Shown one piece after another: positions 47,960 through 58,776 of a stretch of DNA of 64,000 bases (position 1 is its first letter; each line of letters begins with the position of its first letter). This DNA comes from Longimicrobiales bacterium (GTDB taxonomy: Bacteria; Gemmatimonadota; Gemmatimonadetes; Longimicrobiales; Gaopeijiaceae): positions 2,496,001 through 2,560,000 of the forward strand of contig OZ242008.1 of assembly GCA_965204735.1 (NCBI GenBank), given 5' to 3'. The notes beneath the pieces were generated by a model that saw only the letters and a program-made list of their open reading frames with translations, ran no database searches and had not been told where the DNA came from. The position numbers were made by a program, and so were the translations under genes.

Positions 47960-49218
47960 GGACGAGGCGGGCGGACGCCGACGCCGGCGGCATCGGCCGG
48001 GTCGAAGCGGGCCGCAACTTCGCCGATGGCCACGGCCGCGTCGTCCAGCTGGGCGTCGGTGACGTAGGGCGCCGGCCCCAGGCGGAGGAGGGCGCCCCGG
48101 TGGTCGACGTGGACGCCCCGGCCGCGCAGGGAGCAGGCGAACTCGCCGGCGAAGGGGGTCGTCAGCGCGAGAAACCCGCCCTTGCGATCGAGGGGAACGG
48201 CCCGGTCGCGGGAGAGGACGGCAGGATCGAGGTCGAGCCCGTCGACGGCCTCTGCCAAGCGCCGGATTTGGGCCAGGCCCGAGGCTCGAAGCCGGTCGGG
48301 GGTCAGGCCGTGCTCCCGGAAGAAGTCGAAGACGGCGACGGCGCGGTAGTGGCTCGTGGGGTCGTACGTGGATCCGGCGAAGCGGAGGTGGCCGGCGCCG
48401 TATCGGGTCGGAGTGCTCGGCCATGGAGGGCCGCCGACGCCTGGCGGTGCATCGGGCGCGCCGGTCGCTTGCGCCGGAGGCTCGGCCAGCGCCCCGAACT
48501 CAGCGAACCAGCCGGTGAGGACGGGGCGGAGGGCGCACGCCGTCGGGAAGCGCAAGAAGCAGTTGCCTTCCCCGAGCTGGCAGTACTTGTAGCCGCCGCC
48601 CACCACGAACGCGCCGTCCAGCCCCATCTTGCGCACCGAGAACGGAACGGCGGCCAGGGAGTGGTAGGCGTCCACGAGAAGCTCGGCGCCCACTCGCGCG
48701 CAGGCTTCGGCGACGCGGTCCAAGCCCTCGACGATCGTGGCGTCGCGGAAGAGCACCGACGAAAGCAGGACCGCCGCCGTCCGGTCGTCCACTGCCTCTG
48801 CAAGCCGGTCGGCGACATCTGCTTCGGCGGGCGCCGCCGCGACTTCGACGCCCTCTTCGCGCAGCCGGCCCAGCTGGCGGTGGATCGTGCGAAACTCCCC
48901 GTCGGTGGTGACCAGGCGCGGACGCTCCCGCAGGGGCAGCGCCGACAGAAAGCGGGTCACGAGCTCGTGCGTGTTCTGGCCCAGGGCGATGTGGCCGTCC
49001 GGGTCGTCGAGAAGCCGCCGGAAGCCGGAGCGCACCTTGTCGGCCATCGCGAACGCTCGATCCCACTTGTCGTCCACCAGATCGGCCGCGTCCAGCCAAG
49101 CTTGCTGCTGGGCGTCGAAGGCCACGTCGGGCCATGCTTGATGCGAATGGCCCGTAAGCAGGACCCGCTCCCCGACTCGGAATCGGGCGTAGCGGCGGGC
49201 CAGGTCGTCAGGCCGCAC
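47956..49218 (-). CDS. kynU: Kynureninase (class V PLP enzyme)
   Basis: LTGHSHQAWP, DAYHS, GGGYKY, LRPVLTGWF, LRLGPAPY; same operon as Trp dioxygenase. Confidence 0.75.
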   Translation of the reverse strand: MRPDDLARRYARFRVGERVLLTGHSHQAWPDVAFDAQQQAWLDAADLVDDKWDRAFAMADKVRSGFRRLLDDPDGHIALGQNTHELVTRFLSALPLRERPRLVTTDGEFRTIHRQLGRLREEGVEVAAAPAEADVADRLAEAVDDRTAAVLLSSVLFRDATIVEGLDRVAEACARVGAELLVDAYHSLAAVPFSVRKMGLDGAFVVGGGYKYCQLGEGNCFLRFPTACALRPVLTGWFAEFGALAEPPAQATGAPDAPPGVGGPPWPSTPTRYGAGHLRFAGSTYDPTSHYRAVAVFDFFREHGLTPDRLRASGLAQIRRLAEAVDGLDLDPAVLSRDRAVPLDRKGGFLALTTPFAGEFACSLRGRGVHVDHRGALLRLGPAPYVTDAQLDDAAVAIGEVAARFDPADAAGVGVRPPRP

Positions 49219-52200
49219 CGGCGGCGGCCCGGCGTCCGAGGATGATCGAGATGTAGTCGTACTCGTCCGTGCGCTCCGGAAAGACGATATGGGCCTGCGC
49301 GAATCGCTCGCGCGTCCACGTACCGTCGTCGTACGACCGGCGCAGCTCCTCGTAGGGCGTGTTCGAAACGATGTACGAGTCCAAGGAGACGTGGTCCAGC
49401 CGGGACCGGGCGGCGGCCTTCCGGGCCAACGCGGGCAGGCGCTCGTGCAGGCGGGCCTTGTCGTCGTGCCGGTACGCGCCCGCATGGACCATGCCGTGGG
49501 GCTCCACGAACACCACCCGCTGGGCCGGTCCCTCCTTGATCCACAGGATGAAGTCCGGGTAGAAGCCGCGGGTGTCGAAGAAGCCGATTCCCCTGCCCCG
49601 CGTCAGGTTTCGCAACAGGAAGAGCTCCCGTCCCTTGCCGAAGTCGCCCCCGTGCGCTCGGCACCGGGCACGCAGGTCCTCGACGAACAGCGCTTCGCCG
49701 GCGTTGAGCCCCGGAGGCGTGGTCCGGATGCGGGCGTCCCGATCGACCAGCAGCGGCTGATACAGATGCCGGTCGAAGTAGATGCCGGGCAGGTCCGCCG
49801 TGGCCATTCGGTAGATGCGGTCGCCGTCCGCGATCAGCTCCCGAATCGCTTCCACCAGCGCCGTCTCGCCACGAGGCACTCGGACGGCGTAACGAGGGAA
49901 GTTCGCGTCTCGCTCGCTCACCTTGTCGTACACGACCTGCTCGGTGTCCCACCGCTCGCGACGGACGCGGCAGAACTTGTCCACGTACTTCTTCAGAACC
50001 GTCAGCACGGCATCTTCAAGAAGCTGCACGTCCTCGAAGCTCCGGGGGACCGAAACGTGGTCGTCCGCGATCAGGTCGTAGAGCGCGCGCCCTTCATCCG
50101 CCTCGACGATCCGCCTCGCCGCTTGGGGGCCGAGAGCCAGGTTCGCCAGTCCCCGGCTGTCCGCATACTCGACAAGCTCCAGATAGACCTTCTGCCAGTC
50201 GACCAGGGCAAGGCTCGCCGCCGGGATCGACTGGGAGCGCCCCGACCAGGCGTCACGGTCCCTAATGCCGTCTTCGTCGGCGTCCAGAGTGCGCACGCGC
50301 ACGGACTTGTCCACGCGCACCCGGATCGCCTCGTCGCGCTCGAAGAACACGTCTTCCTCGTCCACAAAGGAGCGTTCGTCGGGCATCCGGGGAACGAGCA
50401 GGCCCCGGTCCAGAAACGCGCGGTTGGGCTTCGCGTCCAGACGAAGCTCCAGCACGTCCCCTGTGTCCACGCCTTCCTGCTCCAAGTAGTTGCGGAACTG
50501 GAACATGTAGTCGGCGCGGACGGCGAAGATGTCCAAGGTTTCCAGGAGCTTCACGTCGGGAGGGTGCTCGCCGTCCAGGGCGGAACTCCGCTTGAGGCCG
50601 AAGCCCTTGCCGCGTAGGCGAACCCCGCGTCCGAAGAGCTGGATGATCTGTGAACCCTCGGTGCGACCGATGTTCATCAGCCCCATGTTCGCGACCCGCC
50701 AGGAGTTCCAGCCCTCCATGAACTTCCTGGCGCCGACCAGGACGTTGACGCCGCCCTCGGAATCGGCGATGCCCTCGAAGAGCGAGTCGCCGACGACGTC
50801 GTGCTCGAAGACGAAGCCCGGGTCGTCCGCCCGGGCAAGCTTGACGAACGCCCCGACGTCGCCGATGTAGATCACGCCGAAGCACCGGTCGGCCGTGCTC
50901 GCCCGAAGGCCGATCTCGCCCCGGCTGCCGCGCATCTGCCCCAGGTGAAGACCGCCCGAGGCCGATGCGTGAAACACTCGCGCCAACACGTCCCGATACA
51001 GGGCCTCTGCCGACAGACCGTCCTCGCGGAGGGACGCGAACCTGTCCGCGAACACGTCCCGCCCGTCGGCTCTTCGCAGTCCGCTGCCGCCTTCCAGCAG
51101 CCTGGCCGCCGTCTCGACCGCCCAGCCTTCCCGGTTCGCGAGCACGCGATGGAAGAAGCGAGCCACAGTCAGCACGTCGCTTCTCTTCTGCTTTCGCAGG
51201 GAGTAGACGGCGTTGACGGTGCCCCCGACGAACACCCACAGCGGATGCTCGACATTGTAGGACCGAATCGCGGGCTCGTGCTCGTCGAAGGCCCGCATCT
51301 GTTCGTAGAACGACAGCAGGTTGCCGAGGAGCAGCGTGTCCGTCGCGTCCTGCTCCCCCTCCTCTCCCAGGTTAAGGATGCGGAAGTCCTTGCCGTATCC
51401 GTCGCCGTGGAAGTATCGGTACGAGTAGTCGAAGCCGATCGACTTGCCGTACTCCGCCGTCAGCTTCTGGTTTCGCGCCGACGCCAGGGCTTGGCCGAAG
51501 GTGGCGCTGTACTCGAAGGTGAAGCCGCCCTTCCCGACTGCTTCGCGCGCCTTCCGCCACGCCTCGCCGCCCGTGCCTCGGTGCCCTTCGTCGACGAAGA
51601 CCAGGTTGACGCCCTCGAACGCCTCCACGGGAACGCTGGCGCCGCCGCCCCGCTTCTTCTCGACGAGCTTGGTGATCTCGACCACCTGCACCGCGTCCCT
51701 GTCGAGCGCCAGCAGGCCGCTGTCGTCAAGGTCGAAGCGCCGGCACGGGATCCCCGACGCGCGCATCTCGGCGATGTGCTGGCGGGTCAGGCCTTCGTTC
51801 GGCGTGACGAGGACGATGTTGTCCAGCGGCCGAGCGTTATAGTGCAGGAACTGGCGGTAGTTGACGTGCATGATCAGCGTCTTGCCGCTGCCCGTCGCCA
51901 TCCAGTAGGCGAGTCGGCGAAGGTCCGACGCCTGGATCGTCGGAAATCGGTCGTCGTACGTCTTGTACTGGTTGCGCTTGTAAGCCACCTCGTTCAGCGA
52001 CTCGACCAGATCCGCGGGACGCCGAAGGGCCCAGTCCAAGTAGAGCTCCGTGTACAACGCCGCCGCGTGCTGGAAGTAGCGGAACACGATCGGTCGGCCA
52101 CGCCCCTCGTTCACGGCTCGCAGGTGGGTCCGAATGTTCTGGTCGTAGCGGGCCAAGTCCTCAGGAGGCGCCTTCGTGCGTCGTCCCCGCGACTCCAGAC

Positions 52201-52360
52201 GTCTGTGGACATAGCTCCTTCCGGTGTCGTCGTAGCCTTCCGCGCACTCCTTCAAGTCGGCGAGCATTTCTTGGTTCGTCTTGTAGCCGAACTGCTCGTG
52301 AAGCCACGCAAGAAGGACTAGCCGCCGATCCAGCTTCGCCTTCGAGGCCCGCTTCGTCAC
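49208..52360 (-). CDS. Type III restriction enzyme Res subunit
   Basis: MATGSGKT, VDEGH, EYSATF, EGWN, QLFGRGVR, C-terminal nuclease FYPDFILW...EPHG. Confidence 0.9.
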   Translation of the reverse strand: MTKRASKAKLDRRLVLLAWLHEQFGYKTNQEMLADLKECAEGYDDTGRSYVHRRLESRGRRTKAPPEDLARYDQNIRTHLRAVNEGRGRPIVFRYFQHAAALYTELYLDWALRRPADLVESLNEVAYKRNQYKTYDDRFPTIQASDLRRLAYWMATGSGKTLIMHVNYRQFLHYNARPLDNIVLVTPNEGLTRQHIAEMRASGIPCRRFDLDDSGLLALDRDAVQVVEITKLVEKKRGGGASVPVEAFEGVNLVFVDEGHRGTGGEAWRKAREAVGKGGFTFEYSATFGQALASARNQKLTAEYGKSIGFDYSYRYFHGDGYGKDFRILNLGEEGEQDATDTLLLGNLLSFYEQMRAFDEHEPAIRSYNVEHPLWVFVGGTVNAVYSLRKQKRSDVLTVARFFHRVLANREGWAVETAARLLEGGSGLRRADGRDVFADRFASLREDGLSAEALYRDVLARVFHASASGGLHLGQMRGSRGEIGLRASTADRCFGVIYIGDVGAFVKLARADDPGFVFEHDVVGDSLFEGIADSEGGVNVLVGARKFMEGWNSWRVANMGLMNIGRTEGSQIIQLFGRGVRLRGKGFGLKRSSALDGEHPPDVKLLETLDIFAVRADYMFQFRNYLEQEGVDTGDVLELRLDAKPNRAFLDRGLLVPRMPDERSFVDEEDVFFERDEAIRVRVDKSVRVRTLDADEDGIRDRDAWSGRSQSIPAASLALVDWQKVYLELVEYADSRGLANLALGPQAARRIVEADEGRALYDLIADDHVSVPRSFEDVQLLEDAVLTVLKKYVDKFCRVRRERWDTEQVVYDKVSERDANFPRYAVRVPRGETALVEAIRELIADGDRIYRMATADLPGIYFDRHLYQPLLVDRDARIRTTPPGLNAGEALFVEDLRARCRAHGGDFGKGRELFLLRNLTRGRGIGFFDTRGFYPDFILWIKEGPAQRVVFVEPHGMVHAGAYRHDDKARLHERLPALARKAAARSRLDHVSLDSYIVSNTPYEELRRSYDDGTWTRERFAQAHIVFPERTDEYDYISIILGRRAAAGAA

Positions 52361-55300
52361 GACGCACCTCCCGAACGTAACATGCGCCTCTTGAAGAGCG
52401 GGTCCAGCGCCGTCGCTTCGCGGATGAGAGAGCTCCCGTTCACGAGCACTTGATCGGCCCCTTCGGCGAACTTCTGGGCTGCCACGAACTCCTTGTCCCG
52501 GACGAAATCCGCCTCGGCCCAGCCCTCCGTGTCCCGCCAGATCACGACGATCCGCCGCCTGCCGACGGTTCCGGCGTGCACAAGGTACCGCCGTCCGTCG
52601 TCGTGGTGGACTCGGCGCGTCGCCACGCGAAGGCCCAGCAGGTAGGCGAACGTCTCCGGGAGGTCAGCGACGACCTCGCGCACTTGGCCGTTCGCCCCCG
52701 CACGAAGCTTGTACGAGAAGGGCTTGTCCAGATCGAACACGTTCAAGAGCGTCGCGCTGTCCTTCGTCTCCCACCGGAGCATGTACCTGAGGACGTAGCC
52801 TTCGAGCTCCAACGCCCGCTGGCCCGCTTCGCCGTCGAAGCTGATGTTGCTCAGCGCGTCCTCGTAGCTCTCGATCCGCACGTACTTGACGACCTGCGGC
52901 CCCCTCGCCGCTTCCTCCGGCGTCGCCACGCGCTTCGGCTTGCCGTCCTTCCACTCGGGCGCGAAGACGACCTTCTTCAGCCGAGGCAGGAGCATCTGGT
53001 CAAAGTACTCTCCCATCTCCACCAGAACGAACCGCCGGGTGCCCCCGTCGCGGCGGTTGAGATCGACGACCGCGTGTGCCGTGGTGCCGGAGCCGGCGAA
53101 GTAGTCCAGCACTGTTCCGTCGTGACGCGCCAGCAACACGGCGCACCGGTCCACGAGCTGCGTCGGCTTGGGCTTGATCTCGTCGATCAGCCCCCTCATC
53201 TCGCCGTTTCCGAAAAGGTTCAGCAAGAGCTTGGTGGCGTCGGTCGTCGTCTTCACGTCGTCCCACAGCGTCGTGGGCACCATGCCCTTGGCGCGTGCGT
53301 GCCGCAGGTAGCGCTTGCACATCGGCTTGGCCCTGCCTGACCGCCCGAACACAATCTGGCCGGCAGCGAGCAGCCGCTCCGTCTTGGCCGCGTCGAACCG
53401 CCAGCATCGGCCCTCCGGCGGCCAGTGCTCTTCGCCCGTCTCGGGGTTGACGATCGGATACAGCAGGTTCTCTCGAACATTGGGCGCGTCCATGGGGTCC
53501 AGGACCCAAGGCCCCTGCGGATCGTCGTCCGGGTTGGAGAACTTCGAGTCGACGCGCGGCAGTCGGAACTCCGTCTTCTTGGATTCCAGGAACGGCCTGT
53601 CGGCGGCAAAGAAGGTCGTGTGGTTGGTGGAGATCGAGATCAGCGCGTCGTTGGACACCGACTTGCGACTGTTCCAGATGACGTCGGCCACGAAGTTCTC
53701 GCGGCCCCACGTCTGCTCCAGGACCCCTCGCAGCACGGCGTACTCCCCGTCGTCGGTGCTGACGAAGATGCCCGCGCGCCGGGACGCCAGCCTCCGCGAA
53801 GCGGCCAAGCGGTCGTTCATCATCGACAGCCACGAACTGTGCCGATAGTTGTCCTTGTAGACGAACTTCTCGTTCTGGCCGGTGTTGTAGGGCGGGTCGA
53901 TGTAGATGCAGTCCACTTCGCCCCGGTGCCGTTCCTCCAACAGGCCGAGCGCCTGCCAGTTCTCGCCGTGCACCAACGTGCCGGCGGTCATGCCGTCCAG
54001 GTCCTCCCACGAGCCGAGAAGCCGGTCGACGAACGACTGGGAGAAGTGCCGCGTGTCGAGGACGAGCGTCGGATGCTGCCGGAGGAAGGCCAGCCGCGCG
54101 CCCGCTTTGTCCTGGGCCGAGTTGAAGAGGTCGAGGCGTTCTTCGTCCACGCACAGCAGCTCGCGCCACTCGTTCCACTGTTCTTCGCACTCCGCGATCT
54201 CCGGGTGGAACGCTTCGCCTATGCACCTTAGCGTGACGCAGTACTGGGTCTCCGTTACGAACTTGCGCTTCTCCCACAGCATCTTCTGAAAGGACTCGAT
54301 CTGGTCCAAGAAGTCGATGATCCTATGGCCCACGGTTCCGATCACGCGCACCGTCTGAAACCAGCCCTCCGATCTTTCCTCGCCGGCGGTCAGGACGTTC
54401 GCCACGTTCATGACTTCGTTCTTGAGGTAGAAGTCGAGCTCGCCGGTCAGAAACCTCTTCAGGTCCTTGTGAACGAAGTAGTCCGACGTGTTGCGCCTGG
54501 TGTACTGCCGAAGGTGGTGCTCGAGAACCGTCACCACTTCCCCGCCGGCCGTGGTTCGGCGCTCCGCGGTCAGGGCGGCGTGTGCGCGCGTAGCGTTGCT
54601 CGTCTTCGCCAGGTGCTCCGGTATCGCGACGAGCGTGCGAGCAATGATCTCTTCCTGTGCGCCGTTGACGCCCTTCTTGCTGTTGCCGGGGCTCTCGTCC
54701 TTCGTCAACGGGCGGTACTCGAACGGAACCGCAAGGTGAGAGGCCTGGTCGTCCCACGCGATCTCGTCGATCCGAGGCACGAAGAAGCGCCGGTCGCCTT
54801 TGACGTTGTCCTGTTCGACGTCGGCGGCCGCCAGGCGGAAGGCGACGCTGACGCCCTTGGCGTTGAATGCGTAGTCGCGGAAGACCTCCGCCGTCTTGAC
54901 GTAGTACTGATCCTTGTTGGACCAGTGCAGAAGAACCTCTTCGCCGTTGTACGGGACGGCGTAGCGCTGGCGCATCGAGTACCGGCGCTGGGACATGAAG
55001 TCGCCGCGGTCGTAGTATCGGCCGAAGAAGGTGAGCAGGTGGTTGTAGATGTCGAGTTCGATCGCCGTCCGACTTCTGGCGCCGCTCAACGACAGCTCCC
55101 GAAAGCGGAGGTACTTGCGACCCAGCACAGTGTCGTCGTGGGGAGACTTGAGCGATCCGTCGGGCGCGATGGCGTCGGGTGCAATGTATTCCTTGATCTG
55201 CGTGGCCGCTTCCTCCATCTCCTCGGCCGCCCAAGCCTGCTCTTTGAGGATGCCTCGGTCGAGCTCCTCTTCGACGGCAGCGGGCAGGTCCTCGACCACG

Positions 55301-55455
55301 AACTTCTCGATCACGTCGCGCTTGTGGTTCAGTATGCGGTAGACGCCGAAGTCGAGGTCCGCCGATTCGAACTGGAACAGCTCGCGCAACAGGTTCTGGA
55401 ACTTCACGCAAGCGGGGTTGGGCTGCCCGCCGGGCGTCGCTTCTGCGACCGTCAT
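52357..55455 (-). CDS. Type III restriction-modification Mod methyltransferase
   Basis: DLDFGVYRI, IYIDPPYNTG, KPKPTQL, LDYFAGSGTT; GTGA-coupled to res. Confidence 0.92.
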   Translation of the reverse strand: MTVAEATPGGQPNPACVKFQNLLRELFQFESADLDFGVYRILNHKRDVIEKFVVEDLPAAVEEELDRGILKEQAWAAEEMEEAATQIKEYIAPDAIAPDGSLKSPHDDTVLGRKYLRFRELSLSGARSRTAIELDIYNHLLTFFGRYYDRGDFMSQRRYSMRQRYAVPYNGEEVLLHWSNKDQYYVKTAEVFRDYAFNAKGVSVAFRLAAADVEQDNVKGDRRFFVPRIDEIAWDDQASHLAVPFEYRPLTKDESPGNSKKGVNGAQEEIIARTLVAIPEHLAKTSNATRAHAALTAERRTTAGGEVVTVLEHHLRQYTRRNTSDYFVHKDLKRFLTGELDFYLKNEVMNVANVLTAGEERSEGWFQTVRVIGTVGHRIIDFLDQIESFQKMLWEKRKFVTETQYCVTLRCIGEAFHPEIAECEEQWNEWRELLCVDEERLDLFNSAQDKAGARLAFLRQHPTLVLDTRHFSQSFVDRLLGSWEDLDGMTAGTLVHGENWQALGLLEERHRGEVDCIYIDPPYNTGQNEKFVYKDNYRHSSWLSMMNDRLAASRRLASRRAGIFVSTDDGEYAVLRGVLEQTWGRENFVADVIWNSRKSVSNDALISISTNHTTFFAADRPFLESKKTEFRLPRVDSKFSNPDDDPQGPWVLDPMDAPNVRENLLYPIVNPETGEEHWPPEGRCWRFDAAKTERLLAAGQIVFGRSGRAKPMCKRYLRHARAKGMVPTTLWDDVKTTTDATKLLLNLFGNGEMRGLIDEIKPKPTQLVDRCAVLLARHDGTVLDYFAGSGTTAHAVVDLNRRDGGTRRFVLVEMGEYFDQMLLPRLKKVVFAPEWKDGKPKRVATPEEAARGPQVVKYVRIESYEDALSNISFDGEAGQRALELEGYVLRYMLRWETKDSATLLNVFDLDKPFSYKLRAGANGQVREVVADLPETFAYLLGLRVATRRVHHDDGRRYLVHAGTVGRRRIVVIWRDTEGWAEADFVRDKEFVAAQKFAEGADQVLVNGSSLIREATALDPLFKRRMLRSGGAS

Positions 55456-55561
55456 TTGTTTCCCGCCTCCGTCGTCTTGGGGTCGGGGCGACACGCTTGC
55501 CAAGCGCACGTCGGGGAGGGGCGGCGTACGCGCCGGAGCGGCCACGCCTGCCCGCCGAAAG

Positions 55562-56359
55562 CTACAGCGACGAGCGGACCGCCCACAGGTCGGGAAACGC
55601 CGGAGCGCCGAGGGTGGAGCGCAGGTAGGCCGCGCCCGAGCTGCCTCCGGTGCCGGGGCGGCCGCCGATCGTGCGCTCCACCATCTTCACGTGACGGTAG
55701 CGCCACTCCTGCACCCCCTCGTCCAAGTCCACCAAGCGCTCGCACAGGCTGGACAGCTCGGGATCGGTCCGGTAGATGCTCACGAGCGTCTCCTGCAACT
55801 TCTCGCTGGGCGCCACGGGCTCGGTCACGTCGCGCTGCAGCACGTCGGTCGGCACGGCGTATCCCCTGCCCGCCAAGAAGCGGACGAACCGGTCCCACAG
55901 CGACGGCGCGTCGAACCGGCTCTCCAGCCGCCCGCGCTCGGAAGAGTCGTCGGGGAACCCCCGCATGATCCCGGGCTGCTTGCGCCCCAGCAGGAACTCC
56001 AGCTCCCGGAACTGGGCCGACTGGAAGCCGCTGGCGGACTCGAGGCGGTCCCGAAACGAGTGGAACTCCACCGGCGTCATCGTCTCCAGGATGTCCAGCT
56101 GGGCGACGAGCACCTTGAGGACGGTCAGGACGCGCTTGAGCGTGCCAGCGGTTCGCGACGCGTCTCCCGCCTCCAAGAGCTTGCCCGCGTGGTCGAGCTC
56201 GTGCAGGACGACCTTGAACCAGAGCTCGTAGACCTGGTGGACCACGATGAAGAGCATCTCGTCGTGCTCCTCCGGGTCCGACAGGGGCGACTGAAGGGAG
56301 AGGAGCTCGGGAACCTTCAGGTAGGTCTGGTAGGTGACGAAGCTGGAGTTGTCGCTCAT
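55562..56359 (-). CDS. kynA: Tryptophan 2,3-dioxygenase
   Basis: YQTYL, HDEMLFIVVHQVYELWFK, ASGFQSAQFR, WRYRH..MVERTIG..PGTGGSSG. Confidence 0.95.
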   Translation of the reverse strand: MSDNSSFVTYQTYLKVPELLSLQSPLSDPEEHDEMLFIVVHQVYELWFKVVLHELDHAGKLLEAGDASRTAGTLKRVLTVLKVLVAQLDILETMTPVEFHSFRDRLESASGFQSAQFRELEFLLGRKQPGIMRGFPDDSSERGRLESRFDAPSLWDRFVRFLAGRGYAVPTDVLQRDVTEPVAPSEKLQETLVSIYRTDPELSSLCERLVDLDEGVQEWRYRHVKMVERTIGGRPGTGGSSGAAYLRSTLGAPAFPDLWAVRSSL

Positions 56360-58776
56360 TGGCTTGCTCCCGCCGAGGGTCTGCCGTCCCCGCCGATCCC
56401 CAGCCGCGGGGTGAACCCCTGCAACGCTTGATCGTACTGGTCGGGCCACGCCGGGGGATACCCCAGGGCGTAGGCGGCGTGCCGCGTCCAGTAGGGGTCC
56501 CAGAGGTGCGCGCGCGCCATGAGGCAGAGGTCGGCCCGGCCCGAAGCGACGATGCCGTTCACGTCCTCGAACGACGAGATCGCTCCTACGGCCATTGTCG
56601 CGACCCCGACTTCGTGACGGATTCGGTCGGCGAAGGGCGTCTGGAACTGGCGTCCGTAGCGGGGCCGCTGGCAAGGGACGGTTTGGCCCGCCGAGACGTC
56701 CACCACGTCGCATCCGCAGCTCTTGAAGGCCCTGGCGATCTCCACGGCGTCCTCCGGCTCGTTGCCGCCGGGCCACCAGTCCACCGCCGAGAGCCGCACC
56801 GAAACGGGCTTCTCCTCGGGCCACGCCGCCCGCACCGCCGCCAGCACTCGGAGCGGGAAGCGCAGCCGACCGTCCAGGCCGCCGCCGTATTCGTCCTGCC
56901 GCAGGTTGGTCAAGGGGGACAGGAAGCTGGCGAGAAGGTAGCCGTGGGCCATGTGGAGCTCGACGATGTCGAAGCCGGCCTCCTCCGCCATGGCGGCGCC
57001 CCGGGCGAAGTCGTTCACGAGCGCGTCCATGCCGTCTTCGTCCAGCTCGGCGGGAACGGGGCTGTGGTCGAAGTACCCGATCGGCGACGCCGACACGATC
57101 GGCCATCCCCCCTGCTCCAGCGGCTCGTCGGCGCCCTCCCAGTGGAGGCGGGTCGAGCCCTTGCGGCCGGCGTGGCCCAGCTGGACGCCGATCTTGGCGT
57201 GGGTGCGGCGGTGCACGAACTCCACCACCCGACGCCACGCGCCCACGTGCTCTTCCTTGTACAGGCCCGCGCAACCCGGCGAGATGCGCGCAAGCCGGTC
57301 CACGGCGGTCATCTCCGCCATCACCAGCCCCGCTCCGCCGACGGCCCGCGAGCCCAGGTTGACCAAGTGCCACTCGTCCACGGCGCCGTCGCTGGCCGAG
57401 TACTGGCACATCGCCGACACGCCGACCCGGTTGGGCAGGACGAGCTCCCGCAGCCGGAAGGGGGTGAAGAGGGGCGGCGGCGGTCGGGCGTCGCCGGGCG
57501 CCCGCCGGATCCCCAGCGAGGCCTCGTGGCGCGCGATGCTCCGACCCGCCTGCTCCTCGGCCTTGCGGGCGACCCAGCGGTCCATTTCCTCGACGAACGT
57601 CGGGTCCCGCTGCCGAAGGTTCTCGTGGGAGACGCGCAGGCTTCGCGTCAGGAGCGAGAACGCGAACTGAATCGGCTCCAGGCGCATGTGGCGTTCCGTG
57701 TCCTCGAACCACTGGAGGCTGGCTTGGGCGGCGCGCTGGAGCGACTCGACGGCGGGGCGGCGCTCGGCTTCGTACTCGGCCATGGCCTCGCCCACGTCGT
57801 CGTGCCGGTCGAGGGCCCCGGCCAGCGCGATGGCGTCCAGCATGGCAAGGCGGGTGCCGGAGCCGACGGAGAAGTGGGCGGTGTGGGCGGCGTCGCCCAG
57901 AAGGACGACGTGGGCGCCGGCGCCGCTTGGGGGCTCTGCGGGGCCGGCCTCGGCAGTCGGGAACGCATCGGAGTGCGTGCCGCCCGCCGACGCCCAAGTG
58001 GACCAGCGCGCGGTTCGGATCGTCGGGAACCGGCGCCAGCGGGAGCGGTTGCCGACCAGCGGGCAGCCCCCCAGCTCGCGGGCGAAGAGCCGGGAGAGGA
58101 ACGAGATCGTGGTGGGCTCGTGGTCGACCGACATGCCCGCCCGCCGCCATGCGTTCTCCGTGGTCTCGACGATGAACGTGGAGCGGCCGGCGTCGTCGTA
58201 CTGGTAGGCGTGAACCCGCCAGAGGCCGTGTTCGTCCTCCTTGAAGTAGAAGGAGAAGGCGGGAAAGGGCTTGGCGACGCCCAGCCAGACGAAGCGGTTG
58301 GGGCGAAGGTCGGTCTCGGGCTGGAAGGCGTCGGCCAAGCACGTCCGAACGCGACTGCCCGCGCCGTCGGCGGCGACCACCAGGTCGGCCGCCTCCAAGT
58401 GGGGAGACAAGCCCGTCCACGCCGACTCGAAGCGGAGGTCCACGCCGAAGTCGCGGCAGCGGCGGTGGAGCAGCAGGAGGAGCTCGCGGCGGGAGATTCC
58501 GGCGAAGCCGTGCCCGGTGGAATCCAGCCGGCGGCCCTTGTAGTGGACGTGGACGTCGTCCCAGTGGTGGAAGCGCGCCGCAATGGCGGCGTGGGTCTCG
58601 GGGTCGGCGGCCGCCACCTCGCGCAGCGTGTCGTCGGAGAAGACCACGCCGAAGCCGAAGGTCTCAGCCGGGGCATTGCGCTCGAAGACGTGGACTTGGC
58701 GGCTGGGGTCGGCCTTCTTGAGGAGAACGGCGGCGCAGAGGCCTCCCGGACCGCCTCCGATCACGTGAATCCGCAC
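56356..58776 (-). CDS. abmA: Bifunctional anthraniloyl-CoA monooxygenase/reductase (salicylyl-CoA 5-hydroxylase family)
   Basis: GGGPGGL, TFGFGVVFSD, GDAAHTAHFSVGSGT fused to an Old-Yellow-Enzyme domain (MCQYSA, HAGRKGST, HMAHGYLL). Confidence 0.9.
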   Translation of the reverse strand: MRIHVIGGGPGGLCAAVLLKKADPSRQVHVFERNAPAETFGFGVVFSDDTLREVAAADPETHAAIAARFHHWDDVHVHYKGRRLDSTGHGFAGISRRELLLLLHRRCRDFGVDLRFESAWTGLSPHLEAADLVVAADGAGSRVRTCLADAFQPETDLRPNRFVWLGVAKPFPAFSFYFKEDEHGLWRVHAYQYDDAGRSTFIVETTENAWRRAGMSVDHEPTTISFLSRLFARELGGCPLVGNRSRWRRFPTIRTARWSTWASAGGTHSDAFPTAEAGPAEPPSGAGAHVVLLGDAAHTAHFSVGSGTRLAMLDAIALAGALDRHDDVGEAMAEYEAERRPAVESLQRAAQASLQWFEDTERHMRLEPIQFAFSLLTRSLRVSHENLRQRDPTFVEEMDRWVARKAEEQAGRSIARHEASLGIRRAPGDARPPPPLFTPFRLRELVLPNRVGVSAMCQYSASDGAVDEWHLVNLGSRAVGGAGLVMAEMTAVDRLARISPGCAGLYKEEHVGAWRRVVEFVHRRTHAKIGVQLGHAGRKGSTRLHWEGADEPLEQGGWPIVSASPIGYFDHSPVPAELDEDGMDALVNDFARGAAMAEEAGFDIVELHMAHGYLLASFLSPLTNLRQDEYGGGLDGRLRFPLRVLAAVRAAWPEEKPVSVRLSAVDWWPGGNEPEDAVEIARAFKSCGCDVVDVSAGQTVPCQRPRYGRQFQTPFADRIRHEVGVATMAVGAISSFEDVNGIVASGRADLCLMARAHLWDPYWTRHAAYALGYPPAWPDQYDQALQGFTPRLGIGGDGRPSAGASQ

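Noticed and set aside
49208..55562. Target-site duplication flanking the type III R-M pair
   Set aside because: Only a weak GC-rich similarity (ggccgc..ccgg.gcg), not distinguishable from chance.
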